Source: a bacterium UBP3_UBA3054 (GTDB lineage: Bacteria > Auribacterota > UBA3054). From it: a DNA stretch of 39,879 bases. Positions 19,740-29,078 of this stretch are shown piece by piece. The notes below the pieces were generated by a model. The model had not been told where the DNA came from. It was given only the letters and a program-made list of their open reading frames with translations, and made no database searches. The DNA is taken from contig DFCM01000125.1 of NCBI GenBank assembly GCA_002366995.1, positions 775 through 40,653 on the forward strand. Reading direction: 5' to 3'. The translations under genes and the position numbers were made by a program. Position 1 is the stretch's first letter, and every line of letters starts with the position of its first letter.

Positions 19740-21563
19740 TCAGAACCAGGGCGCGGTGCTCTTGAATTTGCCCTGGCTGTCCAGGAAGATATTGGTCGAG
19801 GCCTCGTAATCCCCAATTTTGACCTTGAAGGGCACGGAAGAGTTGAAGGGAATATTCTGCAATCCCTCGCAGTAGGCGCTGCTGGTGGTCAGAGTCTTCA
19901 GGTTGCACTGGAAGAAGTCCTTGTTCGGCTTGGAGTGGATCTTGCCGGCGACCTTGTCGTCGCTCGTTTTCTTCTTGTAGTTCGAGACGAAGGTGTTGGC
20001 TTTCGTCCAGCCTCCCTGCTCCAAGGGGAAGGTCAGCGGACCTATGGTCACGCTTCCCTCTCCGTTGGGCGCCACCCACACCAGGTTCGTCTGGGTGATG
20101 TTGGAGATGTAGAAGTTGAGGCCGGTGCGCTTCTTGTTCACGATGACTTTCTTGATCCTGAAATCCTTGCTGCCCCGGAAGACCGTAATGGCGACGTTGT
20201 TGGTCAGATGGTGGCCGCTGACGGCGTAGACGCGCAGGGCGTTGTTGCCCTTGTAAAGTTTGGCCGTGAAGGACCAGTTCACGCAGTTGGTCGAAACGTA
20301 GGTGTCCCCTTCCCCCCTCTGGCTCTTGACGGAAAGATAGACGTTGCTGACGCCGCTGTCGGCGTAGGCCGTGCCGTAGATGTCCACGGTCTCTTCGTAG
20401 GTGAAGTATTTCTCGCCGGCCTTGTGGGAGAGGATCTCGATCTCAGGCTTGGCTTCCTTCGGCACTCTCAGGTTGACGAAAGCCCAGTTGGTGTAGCCGT
20501 TGTTGGCGATGGCGAAGGCCTTGATCTTATTGGCGCCTTCCTCGAGGTTCAGCTCGCACTGCCAGTTCGTCGTGCCTTCCGCCACAAGATCTTTGGTCCC
20601 GCTGGCGGAGACTTGTTTCACGGTCACTTTCTTGATGCCGTCCTTGAATTCCGCCGTGCCGGTAAGAGTGTATTTGCCCTGGACCGCCGGTACCTCGTCC
20701 TCATCCTCATACTTGCCGTCAAGGAGGATCTTGATGTCCGGGAAGAGCGCCAGCTGCTTGGAGAAGTGGTCGAGATGCTCGGGGATCCTGGAACGCCAGT
20801 ATTTCCAGTCGTGGTCGCCCGCGGGACGGGTGAAGACCAGGTCCACGTTTTTCCGGCGTCCCATGGACATCAGGCAGTTGGCCATGTCCATGTTGATCTC
20901 CGCCAGATTGTAAGATCCCAGCCAAATATCCTGATCGCCGCAGTCGAAGAAAAGCTTTATGAACTTCTTCGGAGCGATAGCCGTGGCCAACTCGTTGGTC
21001 TCGAGGGTGCTGATGTTGTCGAGAGCCTTGCTGATCTTGGGTCCGACGAAAGCGCCGCTCAAGGAAGTGGCCGCGCAGTAGCGGCAGTTGTAGTAGGCGT
21101 CGCAGCAGCCGGCGATCCTGAAAGCGCCGTAACCGCCCATAGAGATGCCGCTGATGCCGCGGATGTTCTTCACGCGGTATTTCTGCGCGATATGCTTCGG
21201 CAGGTCGCGGCACATGGCGCCCATATAGCCGTTTTTATACTCATACCAGGAGTTTTCATACACGGCGCCTTTCCAGCGGCTGCCCTGAGGGAAGATCATG
21301 ATGAACTCGTTAGTGTGGTCCGTACCCATGAAGGTCGAGTAAGCTTCCTCATACCAGGTCTGGTCGCTCTCGTCGCGGCCGTGCAGGAAATAGATGACCG
21401 GATAGTACTTGTTGGTCTGCCAGTTGTAGCCGGAAGGCAGCAGGACGCCGTACCTAAGGTCTCTGCCGACGCTGTCGGAATGGTAGACCTTGTTGGTCTC
21501 CCAGACCATGGCCTGGGTGGCGAACGAGACTGTTAAAAGGAAAAAGAACAACAGTTTCTTCAT
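19740..21563 (-). CDS. Secreted esterase (esterase D / putative esterase family alpha/beta hydrolase) with ~330-aa C-terminal beta-rich extension
   Basis: 607 aa. It has the signal peptide MKKLLFFFLLTVSFATQA. YPVIYFLHGRDES, the nucleophile elbow GISGISMGGYGAF and AGDHDWKYW (His region) mark the esterase domain. The C-terminal half has repetitive Ig-like/beta-sandwich character. Confidence 0.7.
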   Translation of the reverse strand: MKKLLFFFLLTVSFATQAMVWETNKVYHSDSVGRDLRYGVLLPSGYNWQTNKYYPVIYFLHGRDESDQTWYEEAYSTFMGTDHTNEFIMIFPQGSRWKGAVYENSWYEYKNGYMGAMCRDLPKHIAQKYRVKNIRGISGISMGGYGAFRIAGCCDAYYNCRYCAATSLSGAFVGPKISKALDNISTLETNELATAIAPKKFIKLFFDCGDQDIWLGSYNLAEINMDMANCLMSMGRRKNVDLVFTRPAGDHDWKYWRSRIPEHLDHFSKQLALFPDIKILLDGKYEDEDEVPAVQGKYTLTGTAEFKDGIKKVTVKQVSASGTKDLVAEGTTNWQCELNLEEGANKIKAFAIANNGYTNWAFVNLRVPKEAKPEIEILSHKAGEKYFTYEETVDIYGTAYADSGVSNVYLSVKSQRGEGDTYVSTNCVNWSFTAKLYKGNNALRVYAVSGHHLTNNVAITVFRGSKDFRIKKVIVNKKRTGLNFYISNITQTNLVWVAPNGEGSVTIGPLTFPLEQGGWTKANTFVSNYKKKTSDDKVAGKIHSKPNKDFFQCNLKTLTTSSAYCEGLQNIPFNSSVPFKVKIGDYEASTNIFLDSQGKFKSTAPWF

Positions 21564-21573
21564 AAGAGTTGCC

Positions 21574-22944
21574 TCACTTGAGATTTTTTATGATCGACAG
21601 GTAGCGCTTTCTTGCGTTGTTCGCCCACTCTGTCTGTAGTTTTGCTTTCTTTTCCGGATCCGTGTATTCCTTTACGCCCAGCCCAAGGAAATCCTCGTTA
21701 CTCGTAACGGGATGCTCGAAGAACAGCTTTTTCCACGGGTCGTCATCTTTGAGATCCTTCACCAATTTCCAAGCTTTAGTGCATTCAGTTATCTCGTCGA
21801 CGAAAAGGATCCCGATGTAATCCCTGAAGATGTTCATTCTAGCCGAGGCTTCATCTATATTATAGCGAAATTTCGACTCCATTTTAAAGGGAGAATTTTT
21901 CAGCATCGCGCCGTTTGGGTACTTATCGTACATGTAGGGGCAGACCGACATCTTCAGCAGCGCGTATTCTTTCGGCGCGTCCGGGTCCGTTCCCGGGAAC
22001 AGCGACCAGAGTTTCTGGCCTTTTTCGGACAGGTTGAAAAGAATGAATTCGCGCGCGAGCTCAGGTTCGGGCGCGCCCTTTAAGAGCGCTATGGCGTCCG
22101 GCGTTATGACCGTTTCCCCGGGAGGCAGAAGGAACCCCAGCCGCTCTTCGCCCGCGTCCATAATGGCGTTCAGAGCGTAAACGTCGATGCAGAGCCCGAA
22201 GGCCGCCTCCCCCAGCGCCACGTCCTTGGGAATGCTTCCGGCGTTCCCGGAGAACGACCGGCAGTTGCCGCTCATGGCGCTTATGATCCTCATCCCCTCA
22301 GTCCATCCGAAACGCTGCGCGATGATCTCGTACATCATGAAGACGGAGCCCGACTTCCTCGGATCGGCGGAGGCGATCCAGGAAAAAGCCTCGGGCTTCG
22401 CCAGATCGCTCCAGCTCTTCGGCTCGTCTATGCCGAGCTTTTTCAGCAAGACTTTATTGTAGATTATCCCGAAGCCTGACAGCCCCACGCCGTACCAATA
22501 ACCTTCATTGTCAAAGGTAGGCACTCCCGCGCAGTCTTTGCCGATCGTGGACAAGATCTCCTCAGGCAGTTCGCAGGCAGCCAAAAGCCCGTCTTTCTTC
22601 AAGGCCAAATACGGATCGGTGCCGCCTCCGTAAAGCAGATCGACGCCGATGCCGGCCGGCTTGTTCTGGAAAGAGGAGCGGATATAGCGGATGATGTCGG
22701 AAGTGCCGCCCACGTCGAGCCAGTCGAATTTTACAGGCGCCTCTCCCCTATTCACTCTGTTGCTGTTGAAAGCTCTCTCGACTTCGTTCCTGACGCCCTC
22801 CCAGTGCGGGGAAAGGATCGTCAGCGTTCCGGCGTAAGAAATGGAGCCGCCTCCCTTGCCCGCCTCCCGGAGGCTTTTTCGCAGGAAAAAGCCTCCTATG
22901 GCAACGGACAAAGCTAAAAGAAGAATGAGAGAGCTTAAGCGCAT
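21574..22944 (-). CDS. ABC-transporter-type periplasmic solute-binding protein (Fe3+/polyamine-like class), membrane-anchored, orphan
   Basis: 456 aa. After an N-terminal hydrophobic anchor (LILLLALSVAIGGFFL), the sequence follows an SBP-like pattern (LTILSPHWEG..., DLLYGGGTDPY, GFGIIYNK, SWSDLAKPE). No permease or ATPase gene is adjacent. Confidence 0.65.
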   Translation of the reverse strand: MRLSSLILLLALSVAIGGFFLRKSLREAGKGGGSISYAGTLTILSPHWEGVRNEVERAFNSNRVNRGEAPVKFDWLDVGGTSDIIRYIRSSFQNKPAGIGVDLLYGGGTDPYLALKKDGLLAACELPEEILSTIGKDCAGVPTFDNEGYWYGVGLSGFGIIYNKVLLKKLGIDEPKSWSDLAKPEAFSWIASADPRKSGSVFMMYEIIAQRFGWTEGMRIISAMSGNCRSFSGNAGSIPKDVALGEAAFGLCIDVYALNAIMDAGEERLGFLLPPGETVITPDAIALLKGAPEPELAREFILFNLSEKGQKLWSLFPGTDPDAPKEYALLKMSVCPYMYDKYPNGAMLKNSPFKMESKFRYNIDEASARMNIFRDYIGILFVDEITECTKAWKLVKDLKDDDPWKKLFFEHPVTSNEDFLGLGVKEYTDPEKKAKLQTEWANNARKRYLSIIKNLK

Positions 22945-22947
22945 GAA

Positions 22948-23943
22948 TTATTCAGTGACAGCGGTAATGGCCGCGACCGTCACGATATCCTCGGGCTTGC
23001 AGCCGCGGGACAGATCGTTGACGGAGCGGGCGCAGCCCTGGAGCAGCGGGCCGAAGGCTTCCGCTTTCGCGAGCCTTTCGGTCAGCTTGTAGGCGATGTT
23101 GCCGGCGTTCAGATCCGGGAAGATCAGAACGTTGGCCTTGCCGGTGACGGGGCTGCCCGGGGCTTTCTTGGAGCCGATGGCTTCGATCAAAGCGGCGTCG
23201 GCCTGCAATTCGCCGTCCACTTTCAGTTCCGGAGCGCGCTCTTTCACGATATTGGTCGCTTCGATGACCTTGTCGACGATGGCGTCCTTGGCGCTGCCCT
23301 TCGTGGAGAAGGAAAGCATCGCGACGTAAGGTTCGACCTGAAGGATGTTGCGGCAGGATTCGGAAGCCGCGATGGCGATGTCAGCCAGCTGTTCGGCGGT
23401 CGGGTTCGGCACCACGCCGCAGTCGGAATAGACGAAAGCGCCGTCCGCGCCGTAGGGGCAGTTCGGCACGACCATGAGGAAGTAGCTGGACAAAGTCTTG
23501 ATGCCCGGTTTCGTCTTCAGAACGTGCAAAGCGGAACGAAGCATGTTGGCCGTGGAGTTGAAAGCGCCGCCGACGTAACCGTAAGCGAGGTTCTCTTTGG
23601 TCATCATGGCTGCGATGTATAGATGGTTCTTCATCATCTCAGCCGCCTGATCCATAGAGAGACCTTTGGCCTTGCGCATTTCGTAGAACTTCTCGACGAA
23701 GCCGTTTTCAGCGACCACCTTGTCGGGGTCATAGAGCGTCACGCCGTCAAGGCTGGCGCCGTTTTCCTTGGCCAGCTTGTAGACCTCGTCGGTCTTGCCG
23801 ATCATGGCCACTTTGCAGAAGCCTTCCTTCACGGTCTTGTCGGCCGCTATTACCATCCTGGGGTCCCAGGATTCTGACAGAATGATAGTGCGCTGCAGTT
23901 TGGCCGCGCGTTCCTTAAGTTCGGAAATAATGTTGCGACTCAT
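22948..23943 (-). CDS. pta: Phosphate acetyltransferase (short form)
   Basis: 331 aa. [58 protein letters not shown] and [17 protein letters not shown] are PTA_PTB signatures. A perfect AAGGAG Shine-Dalgarno lies 8 nt upstream. Confidence 0.9.
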   Translation of the reverse strand: MSRNIISELKERAAKLQRTIILSESWDPRMVIAADKTVKEGFCKVAMIGKTDEVYKLAKENGASLDGVTLYDPDKVVAENGFVEKFYEMRKAKGLSMDQAAEMMKNHLYIAAMMTKENLAYGYVGGAFNSTANMLRSALHVLKTKPGIKTLSSYFLMVVPNCPYGADGAFVYSDCGVVPNPTAEQLADIAIAASESCRNILQVEPYVAMLSFSTKGSAKDAIVDKVIEATNIVKERAPELKVDGELQADAALIEAIGSKKAPGSPVTGKANVLIFPDLNAGNIAYKLTERLAKAEAFGPLLQGCARSVNDLSRGCKPEDIVTVAAITAVTE

Positions 23944-24003
23944 ATTGATACTCCTTGTATTTTTGTTTCTAAATATTCTACTAAATTCTCACATATTTTG
24001 CCT

Positions 24004-24034
24004 TTGAACCATGAAGGGGCGCTTATGCTATAAT
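24004..24034 (+). promoter_or_regulatory. Sigma70-type promoter for the aminotransferase gene (TTGAAC, 19-nt spacer, extended -10 TGCTATAAT)
   Basis: TTGAAC is at 24004..24009 and TGCTATAAT at 24026..24034. An AGAGAGG Shine-Dalgarno follows, then the ATG at 24061. It sits in the 117-nt divergent spacer shared with pta. Confidence 0.5.
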
Positions 24035-24060
24035 TAGCCAAACAGTAGAGAGGTTATAAA

Positions 24061-25248
24061 ATGATTTCAAGACGCATGCAGAAGATGGTCGCCGCCAATT
24101 CCGTCATCAGGGCAATGTTCGAGGAAGGCCTCAAGCTCGCCAGGGAATACGGCAAGGAAAACGTTTACGATTTCAGCCTGGGCAACCCCAACGTTCCCGC
24201 TCCGGAAGCTTTGAAAAAAGCCGCCCTGAAGATCCTTTCCGAAGACGATCCAGTCAAGGTCCACGGATACATGCCGAACGCCGGCTTCCCTACCGTCAGG
24301 GAAAAGATCGCCCTCTCCCTGAACAAGCGTTTCGGGACCGGATTCACCTCCGCTAACATCCTTATGACCGTCGGCGCGGCCGGCGGCCTCAACGTCGCCC
24401 TCAAGGCGCTTCTCAACCCCGGCGACGAAGTCATCACCTTCGCGCCCTTCTTCGGCGAATACAGAAACTACGTCGCGAACTTCGAGGGCGAACTGGTCGT
24501 CGTCCCTCCCAACACCGAAACTTTCCAGCCCGACCTCAAGTCTTTCAAGGAACTCATCCATCCCCAGACCAAGGCCGTCATAGTAAATTCCCCCAACAAC
24601 CCGACCGGCGTCGTGTACAGCGAGGAGACCGTCAAGCGCCTCGCCGCCATACTTGAGGAGAAGCAGAAGGAATTCGGCACCTCCATCTATCTCATCTCCG
24701 ACGAACCGTACCGCGAGCTCGTCTACGAGGGCGCCCTTGTCCCCTACCTGACCAAATACTACCGCAACACCCTGGTCGGCTACTCTTACAGCAAATCGCT
24801 CTCCATTCCCGGCGAGCGTCTGGGCTACGTGGTCGTCCCCAGTGAAGTCGACGACTTCGAGGATCTCTTCGCCGCCATGACCGTCGCCAACCGCATCCTG
24901 GGCTTCGTCAACGCCCCCAGCCTTATGCAGCTTGCTGTCGCGGAATGCCTGGAGGAAAAGACCGACATCGCCTATTACGCCCGCAACAGGGAAACGCTCT
25001 ACAACGGCCTAACCAAGCTAGGCTTCAAGTGCGTCAAGCCGGAAGGCGCCTTCTATCTCTTCATGAAGACGCCCGTGGAAGACGATTCCGCCTTCGCCCA
25101 GGCCGCCAAGAAATTCAACATCCTTTTGGTCCCGGGAAGCGCTTTCGCATGCCCGGGCTTCGTCAGGATCGCCTACTGCGTTTCCTACGAAACGATCGTG
25201 AATTCGCTTCCCAAGTTCGCGGAACTGGCCAAGCAGTACGGCCTTTAA
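24061..25248 (+). CDS. PLP-dependent aminotransferase, class I (aspartate/alanine aminotransferase-like)
   Basis: 395 aa. FSLGNPNVP, Y..NAGF, NSPNNPTG, and YSYSKSLSIPGERLGY (the PLP Lys in SKS) then R near the C-terminus (VRIAY) fit a class I aminotransferase. Confidence 0.85.
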   Translation: MISRRMQKMVAANSVIRAMFEEGLKLAREYGKENVYDFSLGNPNVPAPEALKKAALKILSEDDPVKVHGYMPNAGFPTVREKIALSLNKRFGTGFTSANILMTVGAAGGLNVALKALLNPGDEVITFAPFFGEYRNYVANFEGELVVVPPNTETFQPDLKSFKELIHPQTKAVIVNSPNNPTGVVYSEETVKRLAAILEEKQKEFGTSIYLISDEPYRELVYEGALVPYLTKYYRNTLVGYSYSKSLSIPGERLGYVVVPSEVDDFEDLFAAMTVANRILGFVNAPSLMQLAVAECLEEKTDIAYYARNRETLYNGLTKLGFKCVKPEGAFYLFMKTPVEDDSAFAQAAKKFNILLVPGSAFACPGFVRIAYCVSYETIVNSLPKFAELAKQYGL

Positions 25249-25898
25249 CGATCGCACCAAGTAATTGGCAACTTGCCGATTGAAACTAGGAATTCGTTGG
25301 CGAGTTTGAAATGACCGCAACCGAAAAATTTTCTGGCGGAAAGCGGCGATGGATGAGCGGATTCCAGGATAAGGTTGCCCTCGGCTTTTATAACATCTTT
25401 CAATTTTCTAGCGTTGTTGCCCCAGAGGAAGAAAACCAACCCTCCCCTTCCGCTCAGTTTGCGCAGTACGCCGGAAGTGAATATTTCCCAGCCTTTGCCG
25501 GCATGGGAATTGGCCTCCCCTTCCCTGACGGTCAAGACCGTGTTCAAAAGCAGGACTCCCTGAGCGGCCCAGTTTCTCAATTCTAGTTTCGGTATTTCCC
25601 GCTCATATTCCATTGAAAGTTCCCGCCGGATATTCCGCAATGAGGGCGGCTCCCGGACACCCTCCGGCACGCTGAAAGCCAAGCCCTCAGCCTGGCCTTC
25701 CTCATGGTAGGGATCTTGTCCTAAAATGACCGCCTTGGTCTCTGTAGGAGAGAAAAAAGAAAAGGCGCGGTACACCTTTTCCTCGGGAGGAAAAACAGCG
25801 TACCGCGCCCGTTCCGCAGCGAGAAACTCTTCCAGTCGAGCGAAGCTTTCGGCCTTCGTCTCCTCAAGAAGAAATTCTCGCCACTTGTCAGGAAGCAT
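25245..25898 (-). CDS. ung: Uracil-DNA glycosylase (family 1)
   Basis: 217 aa. VILGQDPYH (water-activating loop), GVLLLNTVLTV and SAHPSPLSA (Leu-intercalation loop) are the family 1 UDG motifs. Confidence 0.9.
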   Translation of the reverse strand: MLPDKWREFLLEETKAESFARLEEFLAAERARYAVFPPEEKVYRAFSFFSPTETKAVILGQDPYHEEGQAEGLAFSVPEGVREPPSLRNIRRELSMEYEREIPKLELRNWAAQGVLLLNTVLTVREGEANSHAGKGWEIFTSGVLRKLSGRGGLVFFLWGNNARKLKDVIKAEGNLILESAHPSPLSARKFFGCGHFKLANEFLVSIGKLPITWCDR

Positions 25899-26695
25899 TA
25901 CTTCTCTTCGATTATGGCCTTCATGTCCGGATCATTTTCCATGACCCAGCGATAGTGCGCTTGGCGCGTCAGCTTGGCCGCGGCCGCCTCGTCGGCGATG
26001 ATCGTGGCATGCTGATGGAACTGCAGGGCGGAAGAGCTGATAAGGGAGGTCACGGGGCCTTCCACGGCCTTGGCCAGGATCTCAGCCTTGCTGGAGCCAG
26101 TGGCGAGCAAGAGGCAGGCCTTGGCGTCCAGAACGGTGCCGACACCCATCGTCAGGGCGTGAGTCGGAACGTTCTTGGGGTCGCCGCCGAACATTTCGCA
26201 GTTCTGCTCAAGCGTTTCCGCGGAAAGCACGACTTTTCTGGTGCGGGATGAAAGCGGAGACAAAGGCTCGTTGAAGCCGATGTGGCCGTCCACGCCGATG
26301 CCGAGGAGCTGGAGGTCGACGCCGCCCGCTTCCTTCATGGCTTTCTCATAATTGGCGCATTCCTCGACCGCGCATTTGGCCGTGCCGCAGGGAACGTGCG
26401 TGTTGGCCTTGTCGATGTCGATGTGGTCGAAGAGATGGTAGTTCATGTAGTAGCGGTAGGAGTTTTTGTCCGTGCCGGGCAGTCCCCAGTATTCGTCGAG
26501 GTTGAAGGACTTGCAGCCTTTGAAGCTTATGCCTTTTTCCTTGGCGCGCTGGGCTAAGCAGGCGTAGACTCTTTCCATGGTGCGGCCGGTCGCGAGACCA
26601 AGGACCGCGTACGGTTTGCTTTTAACGAGATCGGCGATGATCTTGGCCGTCAGCTGACAGGCGTCTTCCGTCGTTTTGCAAATGATAACTTCCAT
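25898..26695 (-). CDS. nagB: Glucosamine-6-phosphate deaminase
   Basis: 265 aa. LGLATGRTM, FNLDEYWGL, LQLLGIGVDGHIGFNEP and TMGVGTVL are the NagB signatures. Confidence 0.9.
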   Translation of the reverse strand: MEVIICKTTEDACQLTAKIIADLVKSKPYAVLGLATGRTMERVYACLAQRAKEKGISFKGCKSFNLDEYWGLPGTDKNSYRYYMNYHLFDHIDIDKANTHVPCGTAKCAVEECANYEKAMKEAGGVDLQLLGIGVDGHIGFNEPLSPLSSRTRKVVLSAETLEQNCEMFGGDPKNVPTHALTMGVGTVLDAKACLLLATGSSKAEILAKAVEGPVTSLISSSALQFHQHATIIADEAAAAKLTRQAHYRWVMENDPDMKAIIEEK

Positions 26696-26713
26696 AATAT
26701 TTCCTTAATATTT

Positions 26714-27565
26714 TTACTTTAAGAGCAGATCCTTGAGGGATTCCTCACTGGAGAGCATTTTGCCTTTTTCGTAGAAGGGCTTGAATTCGCCGTTCTCAAA
26801 CTTCGTGGCGTAGTAGATGGCCGCGAAGGTGAAATCGGGCACCGCGCCGCCCTGGCCGCCGACTATTTCGCCGCCGCGCCTGACATTGTCGATCATCCAG
26901 CCCGGAAGGGAGAGATGATAGGGGTTCCTGCTCACTTCGCCGATATGGAAGGAGATGCCGGTCATCAAGGCCGCCACGTCCTCGGGCTGCAGTTCGCACA
27001 TAAGGTTCGGCTTGTCCATGGCGCCCCAGAATTCCGTTTCCACGAAGGTGCACTTGTAGTTGAGCTGACGGACGGCGTCCTCGACGACGTAGTGCGTGCC
27101 GATATGCGTGCCGTTCCAGTCGCCGGCGTGCGGAACGCCTATTATGGCGGGCTGGTATTTCTCGATGATGCCTTTGATGACATCGACTTTCTTCTGCCAC
27201 TCAGCGGGATTGGCTTCCCTTTCCTTCTTGGTGACGTGCTCGAGCCCGACTCCGGGAACGGAAACTTCCAGGCCGAAATTCATGTATTCGCAAGCGGTCT
27301 TCAGTTCCGCTTCGCGGCCCAACTGGCGGGCTTTGTTGCTGCCTAAAGTAACGGCCACGTCGATGACGTTGCAGCCTTCTTTTCTCAAGCGGAGAGCCCA
27401 GCCGCCGGAGATGCATTCATCGTCCGGGTGCGGAGCGAACCAAAGGACGGTCGGACCGTCGGCGGGAGGCATAGGGAGTTTCTCGAAACCGCCGCAGGGG
27501 AAAGTTCTGCCTTCGGCGAACAGCTTGGCGTACTTCTGCGCCAGGGTAACATACGGGTTTTCCAT
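26714..27565 (-). CDS. PIG-L/LmbE family N-acetylglucosaminyl deacetylase
   Basis: 283 aa. VLWFAPHPDDECISGG is the family metal-binding motif, and there is a second His cluster (PHAGDWNGTHIGTH). Confidence 0.75.
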   Translation of the reverse strand: MENPYVTLAQKYAKLFAEGRTFPCGGFEKLPMPPADGPTVLWFAPHPDDECISGGWALRLRKEGCNVIDVAVTLGSNKARQLGREAELKTACEYMNFGLEVSVPGVGLEHVTKKEREANPAEWQKKVDVIKGIIEKYQPAIIGVPHAGDWNGTHIGTHYVVEDAVRQLNYKCTFVETEFWGAMDKPNLMCELQPEDVAALMTGISFHIGEVSRNPYHLSLPGWMIDNVRRGGEIVGGQGGAVPDFTFAAIYYATKFENGEFKPFYEKGKMLSSEESLKDLLLK

Positions 27566-27595
27566 GTTTAAAGCCTTATATTGTTTGATTAAATT

Positions 27596-29014
27596 TTATT
27601 CCTGTCCGGGAACGACAGCCAAAGAGGCGGCGGCGATAGCCTGGCCGTGGCGTTTGTCGCGTTCGCTGGGGGTGTGGAAAGCGATCTTCTCGGCGAGTTC
27701 GGGGAACTCGGCCTTCAAGGTTTCCTGCGCCTTCTCAAGGATGATGGCGCCGCCTTCGCCGCTCGTCACGCGGCCGAGGCTCAGGATGTGGCGGATATCG
27801 TAGAAGCTGGCGTAATGCGCCACGCCGTAGCCCATGAAGACGCCGATGGTGTTGTAGATCTTCCTGGCGCGGGCGTCGCCTTCCGCCATCAGCTGCTGCA
27901 CGTATTTCAGTTTTTCAGGCAGCTTCAAGCTTTCGTCGCATTCGATGCCGGCGGGCTTCAGAAGACGACCGACGCACTGCTGGGAGAAATACTGCACGCC
28001 GCAGCCGGCGTCGCCGGACCATTCGTCCTTGGGAGCGCCTTCTCTCACATCCACAGGCGCGAAAGCGAGCTCGTTGAGCCAGGTCGTGATGTTGCCCTGG
28101 GAAGTGCAGTAGCCGACGGCTTCGCTGGAACCAAGCGCGATGCCTAAGACCGCGCCGTCGTTAAGGGAGATGGAGCCGGCAAGCGCCGTCACTTCGCCGT
28201 CGTTCACGACTTCGAAGGGGACCTTCCACTCGTCTCTCAAGCGCAGGAAAACGTCTTTGGCGGCCGCGACCTTGACGGGATCTTTCACCGGAGCGTCCAG
28301 AACGCCGCGGAACAAAGAAGCGACCTTGACGCGGTTGTCAACATAAACGCCGGCCGCGCTGCCGCCGATGGCGTCCACTCTCGGAAGTTTCGCCTTGGCG
28401 GAATTCAGCATGGCCATGAATTCAGAATGGTGCCATTCGGGATCGCTCTGCTTGACAGGATCCCAGACCACTTCCTCGCTGAAGACCACTTCGCCGTCGA
28501 TGACGGCCGCGACTTTGCGGTCGCTGGCGCCGAGGTCGAAACCGATGCGGCAGCCCTTGAAGTGGCGGCCCAGAGGAGCGGTGCTCTCTTTGGGAGCGGG
28601 AAGCTTAGAAGCGTCAGAAACATTCACGACCTCGAAGGGTTTCTCGTAAATGCGGCCGCCCATGATCTCAGCGTCGAAACGGCCAACTTCGGTCTCGGTG
28701 TAATGCTTTCTAAGATAATCGGCCAGGTACGCCGGGCCGGCCACGGTGATGCGGTAGCCGCCGCGGGACCAAAGCAGGAACTTCACCAGCCTTTCGATGA
28801 AGGCCGGATTGTACTTCGCGTAAGCGCTGGTTTCCGGGAAGACTACGGTCTCAAAATGGAAGACCGAGCCGTTGGCCTGTTCCAGGGCGATCGTAACGGG
28901 CACTCCGCCCTCGGCCTTGGCGGCCTGGGTGAAGTTGCGGACAAAGATTGAGGAGGGGGAAAACTCCGGATCAAGTTCCGGGACGATCCTGCCGCCGAAT
29001 AAAGAAGTATTCAT
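27596..29014 (-). CDS. ROK/ASKHA-superfamily sugar kinase-like protein with ~150-aa N-terminal extra domain
   Basis: 472 aa. RIGFDLGASDRKVAAV fits the phosphate-1 motif, and VVNDGEVTALAGS, LGIALGSSEAVGY and CGVQYFSQQC are ROK-like. No clean CxCGxxGC zinc motif is visible. The first ~150 aa are unassigned. Confidence 0.6.
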   Translation of the reverse strand: MNTSLFGGRIVPELDPEFSPSSIFVRNFTQAAKAEGGVPVTIALEQANGSVFHFETVVFPETSAYAKYNPAFIERLVKFLLWSRGGYRITVAGPAYLADYLRKHYTETEVGRFDAEIMGGRIYEKPFEVVNVSDASKLPAPKESTAPLGRHFKGCRIGFDLGASDRKVAAVIDGEVVFSEEVVWDPVKQSDPEWHHSEFMAMLNSAKAKLPRVDAIGGSAAGVYVDNRVKVASLFRGVLDAPVKDPVKVAAAKDVFLRLRDEWKVPFEVVNDGEVTALAGSISLNDGAVLGIALGSSEAVGYCTSQGNITTWLNELAFAPVDVREGAPKDEWSGDAGCGVQYFSQQCVGRLLKPAGIECDESLKLPEKLKYVQQLMAEGDARARKIYNTIGVFMGYGVAHYASFYDIRHILSLGRVTSGEGGAIILEKAQETLKAEFPELAEKIAFHTPSERDKRHGQAIAAASLAVVPGQE

Positions 29015-29045
29015 TTGTCTATCCTTAATGTTATGTTTTTAAATT

Positions 29046-29075
29046 ATTCTAGCATATTTATAGGGGTATATGCAA
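29046..29075 (-). promoter_or_regulatory. Sigma70-type promoter for the ROK/PIG-L/nagB/ung operon (TTGCAT, 18-nt spacer, extended -10 TGCTAGAAT)
   Basis: The reverse complement of 29070..29075 is TTGCAT, and the reverse complement of 29046..29054 is TGCTAGAAT. An AAGGA Shine-Dalgarno lies 8 nt before the ATG at 29014. Confidence 0.5.
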
Positions 29076-29078
29076 CAT

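Noticed and set aside
19731-21536. A 601-aa plus-strand ORF mirroring the esterase gene.
   Set aside because: Same explanation: it is the codon-aligned antisense shadow (19740 minus 19731 is divisible by 3). The minus-strand product has a signal peptide and esterase catalytic motifs.
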